Position numbers and translations under genes: made by a program. A DNA stretch of 64,000 bases from Armatimonadota bacterium (GTDB taxonomy: Bacteria > Armatimonadota > SYMT01), in contig JBKBRF010000006.1 of assembly GCA_046292385.1 (NCBI GenBank), forward strand, positions 32,001-96,000, written 5' to 3'. How positions within the stretch are numbered: position 1 is the stretch's first letter; every line of letters begins with the position of its first letter. Of this stretch, positions 9,823-17,685 are shown piece by piece. A model generated the notes under the pieces. The model made no database searches. It saw nothing but the letters and a program-made list of their open reading frames with translations, and was not told the DNA's origin.

Positions 9823-11298
9823 CTAGAGCCGTCCCAGCGCCCGGTTGAGCTGCGCCTGGGCGAGGTGCACGTCGTAGAGAGCCGAGATCGCGCTGTTGTT
9901 GGCGGTGGCAAACTGGACCTGCGCCTGGATCAGGTCGACCACGTCGGTCCCCGCCAGCCCCAGCTCGTACCGCGCGGTCGTCGCCTCCAGGTTCACCTGC
10001 GCGGCCTCCACCGCCAGGCGGGCCGCTTCCAGCCGCTCGCGCGCGTTGATCAGGTTCAGGTAAGCTTCCTGGACCTCCGCGGTCACATCCTTCTTTACCT
10101 GCTCCAGCTGCGCCACGTTGCTCTGGACGTTGGTTCGCGCCTCCTGCTCCCGGGCGTGGGTCAGGCCCGCGTCGAACAGCGGCAGCGAAACGACCGCGCC
10201 GACGGCGAAGTCGGCGCGCTGCAGCGGATTGTTCGGCTGCAGGTTGAAGCTGAAGCTGGTATCCAAGCGCGGCTTGCGGCCGACCCGCGCGATCGAGACG
10301 CCGGCCTGCGCCGAGCGCACCAGCGCCTCCGCCTGCACCACTTCCGGCCGCTCCCGCACCGCGACCTCGCGCAGATCCTCCACCGGAGGCACGACGTCGA
10401 ACGCCTCGCGCAGCGCCACCAGGTTGAGCGGGGGACCGACGGTGAGGCCCATCGAGTTGCGGAGCGCGTTCGCCGCCACGCGGAGATCGTTCTGGGCGGC
10501 GATCCGGTCGACCTGGCGGTTCCGGTACTCGGAAAGGACCAGCGCGCGGTCCGCTTCGGCGGCATTGTCCGCCGCGATGTTCGCCTCCACGCTGCGAAGC
10601 TGCTCCAGCGCCAGCCGCTCCTGCTCCACCCGCAGCTCCAGCAGCCGCTCGGCCCGGAGCTGTAGCAGGTAGTTCACCGTCACGTCGAACGCGAGGTTGT
10701 TCCGTACCGCCTCCAGGTTGGCTGCGGTGCTCTCCAGCCCCGCCCGCGCCTGGCGCACGGAGAAGCGGGTCAGGCCGCCGTCGAAGATGTTGTAATTGAC
10801 GCCGATGCGCGGCTGAAGCCCCTGGTCGAACTGGGTGTCGCTGGTATCCACCCGCACCCGCTGCGGCGGCTGTCCCGGAGCGCCCGGAACGGTGGTGGTG
10901 GGGGGCGGCCCGAAGAGGCCGCCGAAGTTGTTGGTGCCGCGGCCGCTGTAGCCGATCTCTCCGATGACCACGGGGAGCGTGCCGACCCGCGCCTGCCGAA
11001 TCCGCTGCCGCGCCGCTTCCACGTTCTCTTCCGCCACCGTGACGTTCGCGTGCAGTTGGTGGGCGATCTGGATCGCCTCCGCCAGGGAGACCGGCTCCAC
11101 CGCGGTGGGGGCGATCGGCTGCGGCTCCGGGGCGGGGGTGCCGGGCTGCGCGGCGGCGGGCGGCGCGGGAGGAGTAGGGGGCGGGTCCTGGGCGGGCAGC
11201 GCGGCGCGCGCCGGCGCCAGCGCTACGGCGGCGGCAACGAGGCAGGCGGGCCGCGTCCGGCCGCGGCGGTTTCTCCGTCGATTCATCCCGTGTTCCAC
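9823..11298 (-). CDS. TolC family outer membrane efflux protein
   Basis: Signal peptide, two OEP repeats (NIFDGG; LPLFDAG) and RYELG. First gene of the exporter operon. Confidence 0.9.
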   Translation of the reverse strand: MEHGMNRRRNRRGRTRPACLVAAAVALAPARAALPAQDPPPTPPAPPAAAQPGTPAPEPQPIAPTAVEPVSLAEAIQIAHQLHANVTVAEENVEAARQRIRQARVGTLPVVIGEIGYSGRGTNNFGGLFGPPPTTTVPGAPGQPPQRVRVDTSDTQFDQGLQPRIGVNYNIFDGGLTRFSVRQARAGLESTAANLEAVRNNLAFDVTVNYLLQLRAERLLELRVEQERLALEQLRSVEANIAADNAAEADRALVLSEYRNRQVDRIAAQNDLRVAANALRNSMGLTVGPPLNLVALREAFDVVPPVEDLREVAVRERPEVVQAEALVRSAQAGVSIARVGRKPRLDTSFSFNLQPNNPLQRADFAVGAVVSLPLFDAGLTHAREQEARTNVQSNVAQLEQVKKDVTAEVQEAYLNLINARERLEAARLAVEAAQVNLEATTARYELGLAGTDVVDLIQAQVQFATANNSAISALYDVHLAQAQLNRALGRL

Positions 11299-11478
11299 TC
11301 CCAGACCCGATCACCAGGTCACTCTGACGCAGCCGCCAGGCGCCGGTTCACTCGCTGTGCGATGAGCCTTGCGCTAGTGTAGTCACCATCACCGCGGCGG
11401 TCTACTGCCGACTGCGGCACCGACAGAATCGATAGTCGGCAAGGCGGGGCCGTTCGTGGACGGCAGGCGAGCGGCGGC

Positions 11479-11640
11479 TAGTCCGGAGACCGACATCCCA
11501 CTTTGCCGCGGAGCAGGCGAGCACCTTCCGGGCCGGGAGGGACTTGGCCCCGCAAGACAAGCTCAACACTTGTCGTGAGGAGGAGCCCTCGGCGGCGGCT
11601 CGGAACCCGACGGGCGTTAAACCGGGTTTCGGTCCGGTTA
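11479..11640 (-). ncRNA. Candidate structured ncRNA, 6S RNA-like rod hairpin
   Basis: The ends pair (CCGGAGACCGA..CCC with GGG..TCGGTCCGG) and there is a central hairpin GACAAG-ctcaaca-CTTGTC. About 160 nt, intergenic. Strand and identity are uncertain. Confidence 0.35.
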
Positions 11641-11778
11641 TCATTGCCGGAGCCGGGGATAACTTCCCCATAGGACCGGCGGCAGCGGGAGCGGCCACGC
11701 CGGCGGAGGAAGACGCGGGTACGAGGCATCGCGACTTCTACGCCATCCGCAGGCCAAAGCGGACCCAGGAGCGATACG

Positions 11779-11961
11779 ATGGAACGGCAACCGCAGAGGA
11801 GTGAGCTCGACCGGAGCGAGGGGCAGTGGCGTGAGGAGGTCCGTCCCGGCCTCGTCATGATTCGCCGGCGCATCCGGAAGGACGACGGCCGCTACCTGCT
11901 CTACTACGATTTCGAGCGGTCCCCGGTAACGCCGGGCGGCCCGGCAGCCAACGGAGAGTAG
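11779..11961 (+). CDS. Small hypothetical protein (RKDDGRYLLYYDF motif)
   Basis: AGGAG RBS upstream, and the stop lies 2 nt before copZ. Confidence 0.55.
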   Translation: MERQPQRSELDRSEGQWREEVRPGLVMIRRRIRKDDGRYLLYYDFERSPVTPGGPAANGE

Positions 11962-11963
11962 AC

Positions 11964-12170
11964 ATGGCGGAAGTGGCACTGCACGTCCCGGAGATGCACT
12001 GTAAGGCCTGCGAGCGGAGCATCCGCGCCGCCCTCGAGCCGGCGCCGGGCGTCGGCGAGGTGCAGGTCGACCTCTCGAGCCGTCGGGTGAGCGTGCAGTT
12101 CGACGGGGCGGCGACCGACGTCAGCGCGATCAAGCGCCGAATCGAGGACACCGGGTTCGACGTCGCTTAG
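11964..12170 (+). CDS. copZ: Heavy-metal-associated domain copper chaperone (CopZ-like)
   Basis: 68 aa with MHCKAC and a C-terminal GF. Confidence 0.88.
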   Translation: MAEVALHVPEMHCKACERSIRAALEPAPGVGEVQVDLSSRRVSVQFDGAATDVSAIKRRIEDTGFDVA

Positions 12171-12295
12171 CCCGCCAGCGGGATCGCGGAAGCCGACCAG
12201 TCAAACCGTGTCGCTCGCGCACACCGCTTGTTAGGTCCGCAAGGAATGGCGCCGGCTCTCGCGGAACAATCCGCGGGCTCTACAGAGAGCGGCCC

Positions 12296-12317
12296 TTGTG
12301 ATAAAATTCACTTGACG
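12296..12317 (+). promoter_or_regulatory. Rex (or CRP/FNR)-like operator overlapping a -35 box upstream of nuoA
   Basis: TTGTGATAAAATTCACTT at 12296-12313 overlaps TTGACG at 12312-12317. It is an AT-rich island in GC-rich DNA. Confidence 0.55.
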
Positions 12318-12358
12318 CGCCCGGCCGGGCGCTCAGGTTTGAGGGGAGATCGGGGAAC

Positions 12359-12736
12359 GTGGAGATACCGCGCGAGTACCTCTGGGCCGGCATCTTGCTC
12401 CTCATTGCCATCGGCATGGGGCTGGCAATGGTGGCGCTGCCTTCCATCGTGAGCCGCGTGCTCCGCGTCAACCGCCCGAGCGCGGCGAAAGTGGAGCCGT
12501 ACGAGTGCGGCATGCTGCCGATCGGCGGCGCGCGGGCGCGGTTCAGCGTCAAGTTCTACGTAGTCGCGATGCTGTTCATCTTGTTCGATATCGAAGCGAT
12601 CTTTCTCTACCCGTGGGCGATGGTGCACCGGTGGCTCGGCTGGTTCGGGCTGATCGAGGTGGGGATCTTCGTCGCCATCCTCCTGGTGGGGTTTGTATAC
12701 GTCTGGAAGCGGGGTGCGCTGCAATGGCAGGAATAA
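12359..12736 (+). CDS. nuoA: NADH-quinone oxidoreductase subunit A
   Basis: [19 protein letters not shown] and GALQW. Confidence 0.96.
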   Translation: MEIPREYLWAGILLLIAIGMGLAMVALPSIVSRVLRVNRPSAAKVEPYECGMLPIGGARARFSVKFYVVAMLFILFDIEAIFLYPWAMVHRWLGWFGLIEVGIFVAILLVGFVYVWKRGALQWQE

Positions 12737-13248
12737 CGACGACGGTCGACGGCAAGCTGACGCTGGGTCAGCAGGTGGGCCAGCAGGGTTTCCTGCTGGC
12801 GAAGCTGGACGACCTGGTTAACCAGATCCGCGCGAACTCGATCTGGCCGCTCACCTTCGGGCTGGCGTGCTGCGCGATCGAGATGATGGCGACCGGCTCC
12901 TCCCGCTTCGACGTGGCGCGCTTCGGCGCCGAGGTGTTCCGCGCCTCGCCGCGGCAGGCGGACCTGATGATCGTGGCGGGCCGCGTGAGCCAGAAGATGG
13001 CCCCGGTGCTCCGCCAGATCTACGATCAGATGCCGGAGCCGAAGTGGGTGATCGCGATGGGCGCCTGCGCTTCTTCCGGAAACGGGATCTTCAACAACTA
13101 CGCCATCGTGCAGGGCGTGGACGAGGTGGTGCCGGTGGACGTCTACGTGCCCGGCTGTCCGCCTCGCCCGGAGGCGCTGATCTACGGGATCATGCAGCTC
13201 CAGAAGAAGATCACCCGCGCCGGGCGCAGCCTGGAAGACGTGAAGTAG
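12724..13248 (+). CDS. nuoB: NADH-quinone oxidoreductase subunit B
   Basis: [16 protein letters not shown] and PGCPPRPE. Start moved to the ATG at 12724, overlapping nuoA. Confidence 0.96.
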   Translation: MAGITTTVDGKLTLGQQVGQQGFLLAKLDDLVNQIRANSIWPLTFGLACCAIEMMATGSSRFDVARFGAEVFRASPRQADLMIVAGRVSQKMAPVLRQIYDQMPEPKWVIAMGACASSGNGIFNNYAIVQGVDEVVPVDVYVPGCPPRPEALIYGIMQLQKKITRAGRSLEDVK

Positions 13249-13266
13249 GCGGCGGCGAGACGACAC

Positions 13267-13821
13267 ATGGCTGAACAGCAAGCAACCGACACGACCGCCG
13301 CCGCGCCCGCGGCGCCGCAGATCGACGTGAGCCGCGAGCTGGAGCGGATTCGCGCCGCGCATCCGGAAGCGGTCGTCGACGTAGAGAAGGACCCGGCGCG
13401 CGGAATGGTCTGGATCCAGATCCGCCGCCGCTACGTGGTCCCGGTGCTCACCCTGCTGCGGGACGATCCGTCGCTGAAGTACACGATGCTGGCCGACCTC
13501 ACCTGCGTGGACAAGCCGTGGGAAGAGCGCCGGTTTACCGTGATCTACAACCTGCTCTCGATCCCGCACAACCGCCGGATCTTCCTGCGGGTGAAAGCGG
13601 CGGACGGTGAAGCGGTGCCCTCCGCGGTGCCGGTCCACGCCGCCGCGGACTGGGCGGAGCGCGAGGTCTGGGATCTCTTCGGCGTCAAGTTCGAGGGCCA
13701 CCCGGACCTGACCCGGATCGAGCTGCCGGACGACTGGGAGGGGCACCCGCTGCGCAAGGATTACCCCGCCGTGGGTCCGCAGCCGGTCATCCTCTACAAC
13801 GACGTGAAAGACGTGCTCTAG
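13267..13821 (+). CDS. nuoC: NADH-quinone oxidoreductase subunit C
   Basis: WAEREVWDLFG and GHPLRKDYP. Confidence 0.95.
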   Translation: MAEQQATDTTAAAPAAPQIDVSRELERIRAAHPEAVVDVEKDPARGMVWIQIRRRYVVPVLTLLRDDPSLKYTMLADLTCVDKPWEERRFTVIYNLLSIPHNRRIFLRVKAADGEAVPSAVPVHAAADWAEREVWDLFGVKFEGHPDLTRIELPDDWEGHPLRKDYPAVGPQPVILYNDVKDVL

Positions 13822-13872
13822 CCCGCATCGGCTCGACGCGACCAGAATAGCCGGGCCATCCGGAACCGTGTA

Positions 13873-15102
13873 ATGTCGAACACTACCGAAACCACCTCTG
13901 TGATGATGGGGACCATGCCGGAAAGCGGCGTGGCCGGCCAGGAGACCATGACCCTGAACATGGGTCCCCAGCACCCGTCGACGCACGGCGTGCTGCGGCT
14001 GGTCCTGGAGCTGGACGGCGAGACGGTAACCCGGTGCATCCCGCACATCGGCTATCTCCACACCGGAATGGAGAAGTCGATGGAGAACGAGCCGTACCAG
14101 CAGGCGATCGTGATCACCGACCGGATGGACTACCTGTCCGGGATGAACAACAACCTGGCGTTCTGCCTGGCGGCGGAGAGGCTCCTGGATCTGCAGGTGC
14201 CGCCGCGCGGGCAGGCGATCCGGGTGCTGATGTCGGAGCTCCAGCGCATCGCCAGCCACCTGGTCTGGCTCGGCACGCACGCGATGGACATCGGCGCGAT
14301 GTCGGTGTTCCTCTACTGCTTCCGCGAGCGCGAGATGCTCCTCAACTTCTTCGAGGAGATTGCCGGCGCCCGCCTCACGCCCTCGTACATCCGGATCGGC
14401 GGGGTGGCGCTCGACCTTCCCCCCAGCGTGGAGCCGAAGATCGCCCAGTTCCTCGGGATCTTCCCGGACCGGCTGGACGAGTACTGGACGCTGCTGGACG
14501 AGAACCCGATCTGGCGCGACCGTACGATCGGCGTGGCGCCGATGGGCGCGGACGACTGTATCCGGTACGGGGTGACCGGCCCCGTGCTCCGCGCGGCGGG
14601 CGTTCCGTTCGATCTCCGTAAGTCGAACCCCTACTGCGGCTACGAGCAGTATGACTTCGACATCCAGCTCGGCGAGAACGGCGACGTATTCGACCGGTAC
14701 CGCGTGCGGATGGGGGAGATGCGGCAGAGCATGCGGATCATCGAGCAGGTGATGCAGTCGATGCCGGACGGCGACTGCAACGCCGACGATCCGAAGATCG
14801 TGCTGCCGCCTAAGGAGCGCGTCTTCTCCGACATGGAGGCGCTGATCCACCACTTCATCCTGGTGACCCGCGGCTTCCCGGTGCCCCCGGGCGAGGCGTA
14901 CCACGCCATCGAGTCCCCCAAGGGCGAGCTCGGTTATTACATCGTCTCGGACGGCAGCGAGAAGCCGTACCGGGTGCGGGTGCGCCCCCCCTCTTTCTAC
15001 AACCTGCAGGCAATGCCGTTTATGGTGCAGGACCGCATGGTGGCCGACGTGGTGGCCGCTATCGGCAGCCTCGACATCGTGCTCGGCGAGATCGACCGCT
15101 GA
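13873..15102 (+). CDS. nuoD: NADH-quinone oxidoreductase subunit D
   Basis: GPQHPSTHGVLR, ESPKGELG and GEIDR. Confidence 0.97.
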   Translation: MSNTTETTSVMMGTMPESGVAGQETMTLNMGPQHPSTHGVLRLVLELDGETVTRCIPHIGYLHTGMEKSMENEPYQQAIVITDRMDYLSGMNNNLAFCLAAERLLDLQVPPRGQAIRVLMSELQRIASHLVWLGTHAMDIGAMSVFLYCFREREMLLNFFEEIAGARLTPSYIRIGGVALDLPPSVEPKIAQFLGIFPDRLDEYWTLLDENPIWRDRTIGVAPMGADDCIRYGVTGPVLRAAGVPFDLRKSNPYCGYEQYDFDIQLGENGDVFDRYRVRMGEMRQSMRIIEQVMQSMPDGDCNADDPKIVLPPKERVFSDMEALIHHFILVTRGFPVPPGEAYHAIESPKGELGYYIVSDGSEKPYRVRVRPPSFYNLQAMPFMVQDRMVADVVAAIGSLDIVLGEIDR

Positions 15103-15644
15103 TGCTATCCGAACAGGCCAGACAGAAGATTCGCGAGCAGATGGCCCGGTATCCGGTGCCTCGCTCCGCCCTCGGCTCCGCGCTCTACATCGCGCAGGAG
15201 GAATGCGGCGGCTGGGTGCCGCCGGAGGCGATTCACGACGTGGCGGAGGTGATGGGCCTCGAGCCGACCGACGTCCAGTCGATGATGAGCTTCTACGTGA
15301 TGTACAACAAGGAGCCGGTCGGCAAGTATCTGCTCGAGATCTGCCACAACATCTCCTGCGCGGTGATGGGCTGCGGCAAGCTGTTCGACGTGGTGCATCG
15401 CAAGTGCGGCATCGGCCCCGGCGAGACGAGCGAGGACGGTCTCTTCACGCTGAAGGGCGTGGAGTGCAGCGCGGCGTGCGGCGGCGCCCCGGTGGTGCAG
15501 GTGAACGGCATGTACCACGAGCGGATCACCCCGGAGCAGCTCGACACGCTGCTGGACCAGCTCCGCGCCGAGGGCGGCCCCCGCGAGAACCTGTACAACG
15601 CCGCGTACGCGCCGGAGACGACGCCGCGCCGCGAGGGAGCGTAG
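15102..15644 (+). CDS. nuoE: NADH-quinone oxidoreductase subunit E
   Basis: CHNISC...CSAAC [2Fe-2S] ligands. Confidence 0.95.
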   Translation: MLSEQARQKIREQMARYPVPRSALGSALYIAQEECGGWVPPEAIHDVAEVMGLEPTDVQSMMSFYVMYNKEPVGKYLLEICHNISCAVMGCGKLFDVVHRKCGIGPGETSEDGLFTLKGVECSAACGGAPVVQVNGMYHERITPEQLDTLLDQLRAEGGPRENLYNAAYAPETTPRREGA

Positions 15645-15650
15645 CGAGAC

Positions 15651-16286
15651 GTGTCCGCACTGCGCGAGCCGGACTGGCTCACGGTCGAGGACTTCTGGGC
15701 CCTGGTGGGAGACGGCGAGAAGGCCGACCTCCTCGATGGGGTGATCCACCTTGCCCCACCGGAGTCGCCGTGGATCAATCTCGCCGCGAACTGGCTCCAG
15801 TTCCTGGTAGCTGGCTACGTCTGTGACCGGCGGCTCGGCATCGTGTTCACTGGTCGAGTCGCCTTCGTGCTGAACGAATTCTGCGCTCCCGAGCCGGATA
15901 TCGCGTTCGTAGCGGCGGCTCGAATGGATGCGGTGGCTGCGGACCGGGTCTGTGGAGCGCCCGACGTGGCGATCGAGATCGTGTCCCGCGACAGCCGAGC
16001 GCGGGACTACGAGGACAAGTACCGCCTCTACGAAGAGGCTGGGGTTCGCGAGTACTGGCTGATCGATCCGATTGAGAATCGCGCGCACTTCCTCCGCCTG
16101 GCGGAGAGCGGCTTTCGGCCGGTGGAGCTGCGAGAGGGTCGCCTGTTCGAGTCCGAGGCGCTCCCGGGCTTCTGGTTGGACACCGGGTGGCTCACCTCGG
16201 AGGAGCGCCCGGACGAATACGAGTGCCTGCAGCGGATCCTGGCCGGCGGACCGGAAGAAATGAAGAGAGAGGCGACCGATGCCTGA
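15651..16286 (+). CDS. Uma2 family (DUF820) PD-(D/E)XK endonuclease-like protein
   Basis: EPDIAF, PDVAIEIVS, K..LY..AGVREYWLIDP and S..LPGF. Confidence 0.92.
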   Translation: MSALREPDWLTVEDFWALVGDGEKADLLDGVIHLAPPESPWINLAANWLQFLVAGYVCDRRLGIVFTGRVAFVLNEFCAPEPDIAFVAAARMDAVAADRVCGAPDVAIEIVSRDSRARDYEDKYRLYEEAGVREYWLIDPIENRAHFLRLAESGFRPVELREGRLFESEALPGFWLDTGWLTSEERPDEYECLQRILAGGPEEMKREATDA

Positions 16287-17604
16287 AGTACGCATTCTGC
16301 GAAAATGGGTGGACGATCCGGAGCAGCGCAAGATCGACGTGGCGCTGCAGCGCGGCTACTACACCGCGGCGCGCAAGGCGCTGCTGGAGATGCAGCCGGA
16401 TGAGCTGATCGAGATGGTCCGCGCCTCCGGTCTGCGCGGCCGCGGCGGCGCCGGCGCCCTGACGGGGATGAAGTGGGGCTTCATGCCGAAGGAGCCGACC
16501 GCCGACCGCCCCAACTACCTGATCTGCAACGCGGACGAGTCCGAGCCCGGCACCTACAACAACCGAGAGCTGATGGAGATGGATCCCCACCAGCTCATCG
16601 AGGGGATGATCATCTCCGCCTACGCCATGCGCGTGCGGACGATGTTCATCTACATCCGCGGGGAGATGGTGCTCGGCGCGAAGGTGCTCGCCGACGCGAT
16701 CGCCGCGGCCTACGCCCGTGGCTTCCTGGGCGAGAACATCTTCGGCACCAACTTCTCGACCGACCTGATCCTGCACCGGGGCGCCGGGGCCTACATCTGC
16801 GGGGAGGAGACCGCGCTGATGGACTCCCTGGAAGGCCTGCGCGGCCACCCGCGCAGCAAGCCGCCGTTCCCGGCGGTGCAGGGGCTCTACGGCAAGCCGA
16901 CCACGATCAACAACGTGGAGACGCTCTGCAACGTGCCGCACCTGGTGAACAACGGGGTGGAGTGGTACCGCTCCATGGGAACGGAGAAGAGCACCGGCAG
17001 CAAGATCTTCTCCGTGAGCGGCCACGTGAAGCGCCCCGGCAACTACGAGATCACAATGGGCACGCCGCTCCGGGAGCTGGTGTACGACATCGCCGGCGGC
17101 ATCCGGGACGACCGCGACCTGAAGGCGGTGATTCCGGGCGGCTCTTCCATGCCGATGCTCCCGAAAGAGATCGCGCTCGAGGCGAACATGGACTTCGAGA
17201 GCCTGCAGGCCGCCGGCTCGGCGGTCGGCTCCGGCGGGTTCATCGTCTTCGACGACACCACCGACATCGTGCAGGTGTGCGAAGTAATCGCGCGCTTCTA
17301 CAAGAACGAGAGCTGCGGCAAGTGCGTGCCGTGCCGCATCGGGACCGACTGGATCCACAAGATCATCCTGCGGATCATGCACGGGCACGGCCGGCCGGAG
17401 GACATCAACCTCCTCCGCGGAGTCTGCGTGAATCTGGCGGGCGAAAAGATGATGGACAGCCGCAGCTTCTGCGCGCTGGGCGACGCGGCTGCGTGGCCGA
17501 TCATCTGGGGCGGGCTGAAGCACTTCCAGGACGAGTTCGACTACTGGATTCAGCACAAGAAATCGCCCGTCGGACGAGAAGTCGGAGTGCCGGCCGTCGC
17601 GTAA
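16279..17604 (+). CDS. nuoF: NADH-quinone oxidoreductase subunit F
   Basis: GLRGRGGAG, NADESEPGT, GAGAYICGEETAL and ESCGKCVPCR. Confidence 0.97.
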   Translation: MPEVRILRKWVDDPEQRKIDVALQRGYYTAARKALLEMQPDELIEMVRASGLRGRGGAGALTGMKWGFMPKEPTADRPNYLICNADESEPGTYNNRELMEMDPHQLIEGMIISAYAMRVRTMFIYIRGEMVLGAKVLADAIAAAYARGFLGENIFGTNFSTDLILHRGAGAYICGEETALMDSLEGLRGHPRSKPPFPAVQGLYGKPTTINNVETLCNVPHLVNNGVEWYRSMGTEKSTGSKIFSVSGHVKRPGNYEITMGTPLRELVYDIAGGIRDDRDLKAVIPGGSSMPMLPKEIALEANMDFESLQAAGSAVGSGGFIVFDDTTDIVQVCEVIARFYKNESCGKCVPCRIGTDWIHKIILRIMHGHGRPEDINLLRGVCVNLAGEKMMDSRSFCALGDAAAWPIIWGGLKHFQDEFDYWIQHKKSPVGREVGVPAVA

Positions 17605-17685
17605 CGAGATAGGTTTCTAAAGGGCTTCCCGCCCGGTCCGCGCCGCCGCCGATTGGCGGTCGCGCGGTAGGATAAGCAGGCCAGA

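Noticed and set aside
11402..11873. Short ORFs overlapping the tolC-copZ gap (11402-11698, 11478-11873, 11544-11804)
   Set aside because: They have no recognisable motifs or clear RBS. A structured RNA plus promoters explains the region better.
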